33,909 nt of DNA from a virus, in the UHGV virus genome UHGV-1464012; one strand, 5' to 3'. Shown here piece by piece: positions 8,895 through 17,532 of this stretch; the stretch's first letter is position 1, and every line of letters starts with the position of its first letter. The translations under genes and the position numbers were made by a program. Below the pieces are notes generated by a model that was not told the origin of the DNA, ran no database searches, and was given only the letters and a program-made list of their open reading frames with translations.

Positions 8895-9101
8895 GTGGCT
8901 GAGTTAATTTTCTCTGCATTGAGGATTCTCGGTGCTATGTGGATGGTGGCGACGTTCATTGTTGTTGCCAGCAGTTTTGTCCGGTTGGTAGGCGAAGGTA
9001 AAGACCTGGTGGGTGTGCTTTTCGGTAGCATTTTCCTGTGGGTGATTATCGGTGTTATGCCTGTTGTCGTAGCAAAAGTGGCGTGGCGTTTTGTGAGTTG
9101 A
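8895..9101 (+). CDS. small membrane protein (68 aa, two predicted transmembrane helices)
   Basis: Hydrophobic ORF with GGAGGG upstream of a probable GTG start. Confidence 0.4.
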   Translation: MAELIFSALRILGAMWMVATFIVVASSFVRLVGEGKDLVGVLFGSIFLWVIIGVMPVVVAKVAWRFVS

Positions 9102-9108
9102 GGTAACG

Positions 9109-9555
9109 ATGAAGCAAATATACATGCTTCGCAACGAAGCAATCAGAAATAACGCCATAGACGCAATACTCTCACTTCCCATCGACGACAAGTCACCTCA
9201 TGAAGTCCACGTTAGAGAACCCAAACGCAGCAAAGCGCAGAATGACCGTATGTGGCCGATGCTGAACGATGTTTCGCGTCAGGTGCTATGGCATGGTCAA
9301 CGGCTGGCGCCGGAAGACTGGAAAGACCTGTTCACTGCCCTGTGGCTTAAGACCAAAAAACTGGAGCAACGAAGTGTGCCTGGTATCGATGGTGGCGTTG
9401 TCATGCTTGGCGTGCGTACCAGCAAAATGCGAAAGGCCAGCATGACTGAGCTTATCGAAATCATGTTCTGGTTCGGCTCAGAGCGCAACGTGCGATGGAG
9501 TGATGACTCCCGGCGAGAGTATGAATGGTCACAACGAAAAGGGAAGGCTGCATGA
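9109..9555 (+). CDS. ninB: NinB recombination protein
   Basis: 148 aa; matches my recollection of lambda NinB; first gene of the nin block. Confidence 0.85.
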   Translation: MKQIYMLRNEAIRNNAIDAILSLPIDDKSPHEVHVREPKRSKAQNDRMWPMLNDVSRQVLWHGQRLAPEDWKDLFTALWLKTKKLEQRSVPGIDGGVVMLGVRTSKMRKASMTELIEIMFWFGSERNVRWSDDSRREYEWSQRKGKAA

Positions 9556-10079
9556 CTATCAAATCAAATACGCCAGCACACGACAAGGACTGCTGGCAAA
9601 CGCCGCTTTGGCTTTTTGATGCACTGGATATTGAGTTTGGATTCTGGCTGGATTCGGCAGCGAGCGACAAAAATGCTCTGTGTGCTCACTGGCTAACTGA
9701 GGCCGACGACGCGCTCAATTCTGAGTGGGTAAGCCACGGTGCAATCTGGAATAACCCACCGTACAGCAATATCAGGCCGTGGGTGGAAAAAGCCGCTGAG
9801 CAGTGCATACAACAACGACAGACGGTAGTGATGCTTGTGCCAGAGGATATGTCTGTCGGATGGTTCAGCAAGGCTCTGGAGAGTGTTGACGAAGTTCGCA
9901 TCATCACTGATGGACGGATTAATTTTATCGAACCATCGACAGGGCTGGAGAAGAAGGGAAACAGCAAAGGCTCAATGCTGCTGATTTGGCGACCGTTCAT
10001 CAGTCCTCGACGGATGTTTACTACCGTATCCAAAGCGGCATTGATGGCGATCGGGCAGGGCGTCAGGAGGGCGGCATGA
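9552..10079 (+). CDS. phage DNA N6-adenine methyltransferase (Dam-like)
   Basis: Contains the NPPY catalytic motif; probable start at the internal ATG forming an ATGA overlap with the ninB stop (track ORF begins at 9525). Confidence 0.8.
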   Translation: MTIKSNTPAHDKDCWQTPLWLFDALDIEFGFWLDSAASDKNALCAHWLTEADDALNSEWVSHGAIWNNPPYSNIRPWVEKAAEQCIQQRQTVVMLVPEDMSVGWFSKALESVDEVRIITDGRINFIEPSTGLEKKGNSKGSMLLIWRPFISPRRMFTTVSKAALMAIGQGVRRAA

Positions 10080-10258
10080 GACGACAGCGACGAAGTATTA
10101 CCGACATAATCTGCGAAAACTGCAAATACCTTTCAACGAAACGCTCCAGAAATAAACGCAAGCCAATCCCAAAAGAATCTGACGTAAAAACCTTCAACTA
10201 CACGGCTCACCTGTGGGATATCCGGTGGCTAAGACATCGTGCGAGGAATACAAGGTGA
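10076..10258 (+). CDS. ninE: NinE
   Basis: Internal start [19 protein letters not shown]... gives a 60-aa product matching my recollection of lambda NinE; ATGA overlap with the methyltransferase stop. Confidence 0.7.
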   Translation: MRRQRRSITDIICENCKYLSTKRSRNKRKPIPKESDVKTFNYTAHLWDIRWLRHRARNTR

Positions 10259-10425
10259 TTGACCCAAATCGAAGTTACGAACAAGAAAGCGTCGAGCGGG
10301 CTTTAACGTGCGCTAATTGCGGTCAGAAGCTGCATGTGCTGGAAGTTCACGTGTGTGAGTACTGCTGCGCAGAACTGATGAGCGATCCGAATAGCTCAAT
10401 GTACGAGGAAGAATACGATGGCTAA
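10255..10425 (+). CDS. ninF: NinF (probable GTG start; track ORF begins at 10213)
   Basis: Cys-rich C-terminal part ([20 protein letters not shown]) is NinF-like; a GTG overlapping the ninE stop gives a lambda-like length. Confidence 0.55.
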   Translation: MIDPNRSYEQESVERALTCANCGQKLHVLEVHVCEYCCAELMSDPNSSMYEEEYDG

Positions 10426-11029
10426 ACCAGCGCGAAGACGATGTAAAAACGAAGAATGTCGGGAATGGTTTCACCCTGCATTCGCTAATCAGTGGTGGTG
10501 CTCTCCAGAGTGTGGAACAAAGATAGCACTCGAACGACGAAGCAAAGAACGCGAAAAAGCGGAAAAAGCAGCAGAGAAGAAACGGCGACGAGAGGAGCAG
10601 AAACAGAAAGATAAACTTAAGATTCGAAAACTCGCCTTAAAGCCCCGCAGTTACTGGATTAAACAAGCCCAACAAGCCGTAAACGCCTTCATCAGAGAAA
10701 GAGACCGCGACTTACCATGTATCTCGTGCGGAACGCTCACGTCTGCTCAGTGGGATGCCGGACATTACCGGACAACTGCTGCGGCACCTCAACTCCGATT
10801 TGATGAACGCAATATTCACAAGCAATGCGTGGTGTGCAACCAGCACAAAAGCGGAAATCTCGTTCCGTATCGCGTCGAACTGATTAGCCGCATCGGGCAG
10901 GAAGCAGTAGACGAAATCGAATCAAACCATAACCGCCATCGCTGGACTATCGAAGAGTGCAAGGCGATCAAGGCAGAGTACCAACAGAAACTCAAAGACC
11001 TGCGAAATAGCAGAAGTGAGGCCGCATGA
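10418..11029 (+). CDS. ninG: NinG (Rap-like recombination-associated endonuclease)
   Basis: 203 aa with Cys clusters and a basic Lys/Arg/Glu-rich region, matching my recollection of lambda NinG. Confidence 0.85.
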   Translation: MAKPARRRCKNEECREWFHPAFANQWWCSPECGTKIALERRSKEREKAEKAAEKKRRREEQKQKDKLKIRKLALKPRSYWIKQAQQAVNAFIRERDRDLPCISCGTLTSAQWDAGHYRTTAAAPQLRFDERNIHKQCVVCNQHKSGNLVPYRVELISRIGQEAVDEIESNHNRHRWTIEECKAIKAEYQQKLKDLRNSRSEAA

Positions 11030-11232
11030 CGTTCTCAGTAAAAACCATTCCAGACATGCTCGTTGAAGCATACGGAAACCAGACAGAAGTAGCACGCAGA
11101 CTGAAATGTAGTCGCGGTACGGTCAGAAAATACGTTGATGATAAAGACGGGAAAATGCACGCCATCGTCAACGACGTTCTCATGGTTCATCGCGGATGGA
11201 GTGAAAGAGATGCGCTATTACGAAAAAATTGA
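11026..11232 (+). CDS. ninH: NinH
   Basis: 68 aa HTH-like protein; ATGA overlap with ninG. Confidence 0.8.
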   Translation: MTFSVKTIPDMLVEAYGNQTEVARRLKCSRGTVRKYVDDKDGKMHAIVNDVLMVHRGWSERDALLRKN

Positions 11233-11875
11233 TGGCAGCAAATACCGAAATATTTGGGTAGTTGGCGATCTGCACGGATGCTACACGAACCTGATGAACA
11301 AACTGGATACGATTGGATTCGACAACAAAAAAGACCTGCTTATCTCGGTGGGCGATTTGGTTGATCGTGGTGCAGAGAACGTTGAATGCCTGGAATTAAT
11401 CACATTCCCCTGGTTCAGAGCTGTACGTGGAAACCATGAGCAAATGATGAGTGATGGCTTATCAGAGCGTGGAAACGTTAATCACTGGCTGCTTAATGGC
11501 GGTGGCTGGTTCTTTAATCTCGATTACGACAAAGAAATTCTGGCTAAAGCTCTTGCCCATAAAGCAGATGAACTTCCGTTAATCATCGAACTGGTGAGCA
11601 AAGATAAAAAATATGTCATCTGCCACGCCGATTATCCTTGTGACGAATACGAGTTTGGAAAGCCAGTTGATCATCAGCAGGTAATCTGGAACCGCGAACG
11701 AATCAGCAACTCACAAGACGGGATCGTGAAAGAAATCAAAGGCGCGGACACGTTCATCTTTGGTCATACGCCAGCAGTGAAACCACTCAAGTTTGCCAAC
11801 CAGATGTATATCGATACCGGCGCAGTGTTCTGCGGAAACCTCACATTGATTCAGGTACAGGGAGAAGGCGCATGA
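11210..11875 (+). CDS. ninI: NinI Ser/Thr protein phosphatase (metallophosphoesterase)
   Basis: Internal start MRYYEKIDG...; metallophosphatase motifs GDLHG, GDLVDRG, GNHE. Confidence 0.85.
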   Translation: MRYYEKIDGSKYRNIWVVGDLHGCYTNLMNKLDTIGFDNKKDLLISVGDLVDRGAENVECLELITFPWFRAVRGNHEQMMSDGLSERGNVNHWLLNGGGWFFNLDYDKEILAKALAHKADELPLIIELVSKDKKYVICHADYPCDEYEFGKPVDHQQVIWNRERISNSQDGIVKEIKGADTFIFGHTPAVKPLKFANQMYIDTGAVFCGNLTLIQVQGEGA

Positions 11876-12495
11876 GACTCGAAAGCGTAGCTAAATTTCA
11901 TTCGCCAAAAAGCCCGATGATGAGCGACTCACCACGGGCCACGGCTTCTGACTCTCTTTCCGGTACTGATGTGATGGCTGCTATGGGGATGGCGCAATCA
12001 CAAGCCGGATTCGGTATGGCTGCATTCTGCGGTAAGCACGAACTCAGCCAGAACGACAAACAAAAGGCTATCAACTATCTGATGCAATTTGCACACAAGG
12101 TATCGGGGAAATACCGTGGTGTGGCAAAGCTTGAAGGAAATACTAAGGCAAAGGTACTGCAAGTGCTCGCAACATTCGCTTATGCGGATTATTGCCGTAG
12201 TGCCGCGACGCCGGGCGCAAGATGCAGAGATTGCCACGGTACAGGCCGTGCGGTTGATATAGCCAAAACAGAGCAGTGGGGGAGAGTTGTTGAGAAAGAG
12301 TGCGGAAGATGCAAAGGCGTCGGCTATTCAAGGATGCCAGCAAGTGCCGCATATCGCGCTGTAACGATGCTAATCCCAAACCTTACTCAACCCACCTGGT
12401 CACGCACTGTTAAGCCACTGTATGACGCTCTGGTGGTGCAATGCCACAAGGAAGAGTCAATCGCAGACAACATTTTGAATTCAGTTACACGTTAA
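11872..12495 (+). CDS. Q: Q late-gene antiterminator (lambda Q-like)
   Basis: 207 aa with a zinc-binding Cys cluster (CRDCHGTG...CGRCKG); followed by the pR' promoter. Confidence 0.9.
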   Translation: MRLESVAKFHSPKSPMMSDSPRATASDSLSGTDVMAAMGMAQSQAGFGMAAFCGKHELSQNDKQKAINYLMQFAHKVSGKYRGVAKLEGNTKAKVLQVLATFAYADYCRSAATPGARCRDCHGTGRAVDIAKTEQWGRVVEKECGRCKGVGYSRMPASAAYRAVTMLIPNLTQPTWSRTVKPLYDALVVQCHKEESIADNILNSVTR

Positions 12496-12537
12496 CAGCA
12501 TGATTGCCACGGATGGCAACATATTAACGGCATAATA

Positions 12538-12573
12538 TTGACTTTTTGAATAAAGTTGGGTAAATTTGACTCA
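12538..12573 (+). promoter_or_regulatory. late promoter pR' (-35 TTGACT, 17-bp spacer, -10 TAAATT) with overlapping qut region
   Basis: Consensus-like sigma70 hexamers directly downstream of Q, in a sequence I recognise as lambda pR'-like. Confidence 0.7.
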
Positions 12574-12600
12574 ACGATGGATAAATGAACTCGTTAAATA

Positions 12601-12631
12601 AAGCCCTGAGTTAATAGCTCGGGGCTTTTTG
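12601..12631 (+). terminator. tR'-like rho-independent terminator (end of a short 6S-like leader RNA)
   Basis: GC-rich hairpin (GCCCTGAG..CTCGGGGC) followed by TTTTTG, roughly 30-60 nt downstream of pR'. Confidence 0.5.
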
Positions 12632-12928
12632 CGTTTTAAGCACGACATTTCTGAAAGCACATCAAACCAAATACCAGACAGACAAAAATAATCACCTTAT
12701 CCGCTGTGGCTACGGTGCGGTGTGCTTTGCATAAATGAAAACCAGCGCAATGGCTGGCTTCGTGAAAGCGGGTGGCAAGAGGCTGCGCTAACAACCTCAT
12801 GCCGTTTTGCCCGTGCATATCGGTCACGAACAAATCTGATTACTAAACACAGTAGCCTGGATTTGTTCTATCAGTAACCGACCTTATTCCTAATTAAATA
12901 GAGCAAATCCCCTTATTGGGGGTAAGAC

Positions 12929-13252
12929 ATGAAGATGCCAGAAAAACATGACCTGTTAGCCGCCATTCTCGCGGCAAAGGAACAAGGCATCGGGGCAATC
13001 CTTGCGTTTGCAATGGCGTACCTTCGCGGCAGATATAATGGCGGTGCGTTTACAAAAACAGTAATCGACGCAACGATGTGCGCCATTATCGCCTGGTTCA
13101 TTCGTGACCTTCTCGACTTCGCCGGACTAAGTAGCAATCTCGCTTATATAACGAGCGTGTTCATCGGCTACATCGGTACTGACTCGATTGGTTCGCTTAT
13201 CAAACGCTTCGCTGCTAAAAAAGCCGGAGTAGAAGATGGTGGAAATCAATAA
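12929..13252 (+). CDS. S: holin S (class I; dual-start Met-Lys-Met as in lambda S107/S105)
   Basis: 107 aa with three transmembrane helices; begins [22 protein letters not shown]..., matching lambda S as I recall it. Confidence 0.9.
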   Translation: MKMPEKHDLLAAILAAKEQGIGAILAFAMAYLRGRYNGGAFTKTVIDATMCAIIAWFIRDLLDFAGLSSNLAYITSVFIGYIGTDSIGSLIKRFAAKKAGVEDGGNQ

Positions 13253-13712
13253 TCAACGTAAGGCGTTCCTCGATATGCTGGCGTGGTCAGAGGGAACTGA
13301 TAACGGACGTCAGAAAACCAGAAATCATGGTTATGACGTCATTGTAGGAGGAGAGCTATTCACTGATTACTCCGATCACCCTCGCAAACTTGTCACGCTA
13401 AACCCAAAGCTCAAATCAACAGCCGCCGGACGTTACCAGCTTCTTTCACGTTGGTGGGATGCCTACCGCAAGCAACTTGGCCTGAAAGACTTCTCTCCCA
13501 AAAGCCAGGACGCAGTGGCATTGCAGCAGATTAAAGAGCGCGGCGCTTTACCGATGATTGATCGCGGTGATATTCGTCAGGCTATCGACCGTTGCAGCAA
13601 TATCTGGGCTTCACTGCCTGGCGCTGGTTATGGTCAGTTCGAGCATAAGGCTGACAGCCTGATTGCAAAATTCAAAGAAGCAGGCGGAACGGTCAGAGAG
13701 ATTGAGGTATGA
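13236..13712 (+). CDS. R: endolysin R (lytic transglycosylase, lambda R-like)
   Basis: 158 aa; sequence closely matches my recollection of lambda R; overlaps the S 3' end. Confidence 0.9.
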   Translation: MVEINNQRKAFLDMLAWSEGTDNGRQKTRNHGYDVIVGGELFTDYSDHPRKLVTLNPKLKSTAAGRYQLLSRWWDAYRKQLGLKDFSPKSQDAVALQQIKERGALPMIDRGDIRQAIDRCSNIWASLPGAGYGQFEHKADSLIAKFKEAGGTVREIEV

Positions 13713-14185
13713 GCAGAGTCACCGCGATTATCTCCGCTCTGATTATCTGCATCGTCGTCTGTCTGTCATGGGCGGTCAATCATTACCGTGATAACGCCAT
13801 CGCCTACAAAGAACAGCGGGATAAAAAAGTCAGTGAGCTGAAGCAGGCGACCGCCACCATTACTGACATGCAGCAGCGCCAGCGTTCTGCTGATGCACTC
13901 GATGCTAAATACACGAAGGAGTTAGCTGATGCGAAAGCTGAAAATGATGCTCTTCTGCGGAAGCTTGATAATGGTGGCAGGGTGCTCGTCAAAGGAAAAT
14001 GCCCTGTGCCATCCTCAGCCGAAACCTCCAGCGCCTCCAGCGCCTCCAGCATGGGCAATGATGCCACCGTCGAACTCTCTCCAGTTGCTGGACGAAACGT
14101 TCTCGGTATCCGGGACGGAATTATCCGCGACCAAACAGCACTGAGAACGCTTCAGGAATATATCAGGACGCAATGCCTTCGATGA
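13709..14185 (+). CDS. Rz: Rz inner-membrane spanin
   Basis: N-terminal transmembrane helix then coiled coil; ATGA overlap with R. Confidence 0.85.
   Translation: MSRVTAIISALIICIVVCLSWAVNHYRDNAIAYKEQRDKKVSELKQATATITDMQQRQRSADALDAKYTKELADAKAENDALLRKLDNGGRVLVKGKCPVPSSAETSSASSASSMGNDATVELSPVAGRNVLGIRDGIIRDQTALRTLQEYIRTQCLR
13929..14144 (+). CDS. Rz1: Rz1 outer-membrane lipoprotein spanin, embedded in Rz in the +1 frame
   Basis: Lipobox-like VAGC followed by a Pro-rich segment ([14 protein letters not shown]); the true start is probably an internal Met. Confidence 0.65.
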   Translation: MRKLKMMLFCGSLIMVAGCSSKENALCHPQPKPPAPPAPPAWAMMPPSNSLQLLDETFSVSGTELSATKQH

Positions 14186-14358
14186 TAGCGATAATTTTAC
14201 TCATCATCCTTCACATCTGGCTCTGTAGACAGGGTGGTGATCACTTCTGGAGTGAATCCAGATTAAACATCTCATTGCTGATGCTTGATATTGAGCATCT
14301 GGCGCGCGGTAAGGGGCTGCGTTGAGATAAGAGTCAGTCATTACAAATACCAGGATTT

Positions 14359-14385
14359 AGCCTCGCATTCGCGGGGCTTTTTATT
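14359..14385 (+). terminator. putative rho-independent terminator after the lysis cassette
   Basis: 8-bp stem (AGCCUCGC/GCGGGGCU with one G-U pair) followed by TTTTATT. Confidence 0.4.
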
Positions 14386-14406
14386 CCCAACTCTATAGGT
14401 AATTTT

Positions 14407-14886
14407 ATGACCCAGCATATTGGCGTAAAGCTGATTAACGCCTTTCCGATGACGAGACAGGCATATAACGATTTTCGTGGCTGGCAGCTTCCTGCCGGAG
14501 AAAACGGCGAGGACGAAGGCTATCTGGTTGAATATCTGGATGGCGGAAAACCTAACACCGATCGCTTTGATGGCTACGTTAGCTGGAGTCCAAAAGAAGT
14601 ATTCGAAAAGGCTTATCGTCCGGTATCAGGGCTAAGTTTCGGCCTTGCCATGGAAGCGTTAAAACAGGGCAAAAGTTTGCAGCGGGCAGGATGGAATGGG
14701 AAAGACCAGTTTGTTTATCTCGTGAAAGGGGAAAAATTAGCGTCTGCGTTGGGTTATGGCTTTGGCGAATATGTTGGCGAGCCAACTTTCAATGACACGC
14801 TTGTATTGAAAAACTCACAGAACCGCCTTGCTACATGGGTTCCATCCATTGGCGACCTGATGGCTGAAGACTGGCAAATCATTTAA
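14407..14886 (+). CDS. DUF2829-like protein (Tad2-like candidate anti-defense nucleotide sponge) with an N-terminal extension
   Basis: The C-terminal half carries FGLAMEALKQGKSLQRAGWNGKDQFVYLV, which I recognise as the DUF2829 signature (AL-x-GK-x-V-x-R-x-GWNG). Confidence 0.5.
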   Translation: MTQHIGVKLINAFPMTRQAYNDFRGWQLPAGENGEDEGYLVEYLDGGKPNTDRFDGYVSWSPKEVFEKAYRPVSGLSFGLAMEALKQGKSLQRAGWNGKDQFVYLVKGEKLASALGYGFGEYVGEPTFNDTLVLKNSQNRLATWVPSIGDLMAEDWQII

Positions 14887-15108
14887 CCATGTAGGCATTA
14901 CAAAGCCTATCTACGGGTGGGCTTGATAATGAAACCGGAGTTAATTTCTGGTCACTAATTAACGGCAGTACAGCGAAACAACCCAAGCCAGTAAGTGGGG
15001 AAATAACACTGGCAGCCACTGAAAGATGAACCTCCAGCCTTATGGCAAAAAAGATTCTTTGTGGTGGCGGACTGATGGAAAGACATCCGCTGAATCGATG
15101 ATGAACAA

Positions 15109-15294
15109 GTGGAAGAGGTTGTGATGGTTTCCGTGAACAAAGATCCGAAGGAAGGCGTTGAATACATCACTGGTGCTGATGGTGTGAAAAGGCCAATGGC
15201 TTATTACAAAGCGGCCGAAGAGAGGGCAAGAATGGAAAATCCCCCTAAATGCGGATCATTTTTCGACATGCTGGACCTTCAATGGAAGTTGTGA
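15109..15294 (+). CDS. hypothetical small protein (61 aa or shorter)
   Basis: ORF followed by a terminator-like hairpin; start uncertain. Confidence 0.35.
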   Translation: MEEVVMVSVNKDPKEGVEYITGADGVKRPMAYYKAAEERARMENPPKCGSFFDMLDLQWKL

Positions 15295-15304
15295 ACAACT
15301 AACA

Positions 15305-15330
15305 GGTCGCTCAGGCGGCCTTTTTTATTG
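15305..15330 (+). terminator. putative rho-independent terminator
   Basis: GGUCGC-UCAG-GCGGCC hairpin followed by UUUUUUAUU. Confidence 0.4.
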
Positions 15331-15433
15331 CCATCACAAAAGCCATTCCTTACTGAGTGGCTTTGATAATGGCTTATACCCTACACGGGATAACTTAACT
15401 GATATCCCTTTTAACGGATAAACGGAGCCAACA

Positions 15434-15676
15434 ATGGCAGAGATTATTCCCATGACTGAAGAACAGAAATTCCAGTTAGAGATTTACAAACTGGTCATGA
15501 ACCAGAACGCAGCCGCAGAAGAAGCATTTCAATTCATTGGAACTGACGAGCTGAAGCTTGAACTATTCAAAATTCACTTCCAGTCAGGCGGCGCTAATTC
15601 GGATATCACGATCCGCACATTTGAAGCGGTGCGTAAATCGAAGGAAGCGTTAGACCTGTTCACTACCGGAGCATAA
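15434..15676 (+). CDS. hypothetical protein (80 aa) upstream of the terminase genes
   Basis: ORF with a 2-nt gap to the next gene. Confidence 0.45.
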   Translation: MAEIIPMTEEQKFQLEIYKLVMNQNAAAEEAFQFIGTDELKLELFKIHFQSGGANSDITIRTFEAVRKSKEALDLFTTGA

Positions 15677-15678
15677 AC

Positions 15679-16119
15679 ATGGCGCGCCCAACAAAGTATC
15701 AAGAGGCGTACGCCGAACAGGCACGCAAACTGTGCTTGCTGGGCTACACCGATGCAGAGCTTGCTGATTTCTTCGAAGTCAGTGAGTCAACTATTAACAA
15801 GTGGAAGCTTGATTATCCTGAGTTTTCGGAGTCCATAAAAAAGGGTAAGGCCGTCGCTGATGCAGAAGTTAGTGATCGTCTTTATCAACGCGCTATGGGC
15901 TTCGTGGCTCCAGATATCGATATTCGTGTTATTGAAAACAGAATTGTCGAAACTCCGCTTGAGAAGTATTACCCGCCTGATACAACCGCTGCCATTTTCT
16001 GGCTTAAGAACCGACAGAAGGATAAATGGCGCGACAAGGTTGATCACGAGCTAACAGGCAAAGACGGCGGCGCAATTCAGATTGAAACATCACCGATGAG
16101 CACTCTATTCGGAAAATGA
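15679..16119 (+). CDS. terminase small subunit (putative, HTH-containing)
   Basis: 146 aa directly upstream of and overlapping the large terminase gene; the N-terminal segment looks HTH-like. Confidence 0.55.
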   Translation: MARPTKYQEAYAEQARKLCLLGYTDAELADFFEVSESTINKWKLDYPEFSESIKKGKAVADAEVSDRLYQRAMGFVAPDIDIRVIENRIVETPLEKYYPPDTTAAIFWLKNRQKDKWRDKVDHELTGKDGGAIQIETSPMSTLFGK

Positions 16120-17531
16120 CCTCGATTAATCCTATCTTTGAACCGTTCATTGAGGCGCATCGCTACAAAGTTGCCAAAGGCGGTCGAGGTAGCGGTAAAT
16201 CATGGGCAATTGCGAGGCTGCTTGTTGAAGCGGCGCGTCGGCAGCCTGTGCGCATACTCTGCGCTCGTGAACTGCAAAACAGTATCAGCGATTCGGTAAT
16301 CCGGTTGCTTGAAGATACCATTGAGCGGGAAGGGTATTCGGCTGAGTTTGAAATTCAGCGTTCCATGATTCGTCATCTTGGAACGAATGCTGAATTCATG
16401 TTCTACGGCATCAAAAACAACCCGACGAAGATTAAATCGCTCGAAGGCATTGATATCTGCTGGGTGGAAGAAGCGGAAGCGGTAACGAAGGAATCATGGG
16501 ATATCCTGATACCAACCATCCGTAAGCCATTTTCCGAAATATGGGTGAGCTTTAACCCAAAGAACATCCTCGACGATACCTATCAGCGATTCGTCGTAAA
16601 TCCTCCCGATGATATTTGCCTGCTGACGGTGAACTACACCGACAACCCGCACTTTCCTGAAGTTCTCCGTCTGGAGATGGAAGAGTGCAAACGCAGAAAT
16701 CCGACACTGTATCGTCACATCTGGCTTGGTGAGCCAGTAAGCGCAAGTGATATGGCAATCATCAAACGTGAATGGCTTGAAGCCGCAACCGATGCGCACA
16801 AGAAACTCGGATGGAAAGCGAAAGGCGCGGTTGTTTCTGCGCATGACCCATCAGATACAGGGCCGGATGCCAAAGGTTATGCATCGCGTCACGGTTCGGT
16901 AGTTAAGCGTATTGCCGAAGGTCTGCTGATGGACATCAACGAGGGCGCTGACTGGGCTACTTCGCTGGCGATTGAAGACGGCGCTGACCATTACCTGTGG
17001 GATGGTGATGGTGTTGGTGCCGGGCTACGCAGACAGACAACGGAAGCGTTCTCCGGCAAGAAAATCACCGCCACGATGTTCAAGGGCAGTGAATCGCCAT
17101 TCGATGAAGATGCGCCGTATCAGGCCGGAGCATGGGCTGATGAAGTCGTACAGGGTGACAACGTTCGCACTATTGGCGATGTGTTCCGCAATAAGCGAGC
17201 ACAATTCTATTACGCGCTGGCTGACAGGCTGTATCTGACATATCGGGCGGTTGTTCACGGTGAGTATGCAGACCCAGACGACATGCTGAGTTTCGACAAA
17301 GAAGCGATAGGCGAGAAGATGCTGGAGAAGCTGTTTGCAGAACTGACGCAGATTCAGCGCAAATTCAATAACAACGGGAAGCTGGAGCTTATGACTAAGG
17401 TCGAAATGAAGCAGAAGCTCGGTATTCCATCTCCTAACCTGGCTGATGCGTTGATGATGTGTATGCATTGTCCGGAGTCGGCTGCGCAACCCGACTATTC
17501 CAGTTACTCAATTCCTTGTGGTGTAGGTTGA
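16116..17531 (+). CDS. terminase large subunit (ATPase/nuclease)
   Basis: 471 aa; Walker A GGRGSGKS near the N-terminus; position directly before the portal gene. Confidence 0.85.
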   Translation: MTSINPIFEPFIEAHRYKVAKGGRGSGKSWAIARLLVEAARRQPVRILCARELQNSISDSVIRLLEDTIEREGYSAEFEIQRSMIRHLGTNAEFMFYGIKNNPTKIKSLEGIDICWVEEAEAVTKESWDILIPTIRKPFSEIWVSFNPKNILDDTYQRFVVNPPDDICLLTVNYTDNPHFPEVLRLEMEECKRRNPTLYRHIWLGEPVSASDMAIIKREWLEAATDAHKKLGWKAKGAVVSAHDPSDTGPDAKGYASRHGSVVKRIAEGLLMDINEGADWATSLAIEDGADHYLWDGDGVGAGLRRQTTEAFSGKKITATMFKGSESPFDEDAPYQAGAWADEVVQGDNVRTIGDVFRNKRAQFYYALADRLYLTYRAVVHGEYADPDDMLSFDKEAIGEKMLEKLFAELTQIQRKFNNNGKLELMTKVEMKQKLGIPSPNLADALMMCMHCPESAAQPDYSSYSIPCGVG

Positions 17532-17532
17532 T

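Noticed and set aside
7904-9191. Minus-strand ORFs 7904..8260, 8699..9142 and 8904..9191
   Set aside because: They overlap the helicase gene, the small membrane-protein gene and ninB on the opposite strand; Ser/Thr/Pro-rich low-complexity translations; no ribosome-binding sites.
9986-10258. 90-aa track ORF overlapping the methyltransferase gene
   Set aside because: Only the C-terminal 60 aa (from the internal Met at 10076) correspond to NinE; the upstream extension overlaps the methyltransferase coding region in another frame.
13929-14144. Rz1 considered as a possible spurious overlapping frame
   Set aside because: Not rejected as a gene. The embedded +1-frame ORF has a lipobox and Pro-rich region characteristic of Rz1, so it is kept as a feature; only the start codon choice is uncertain.
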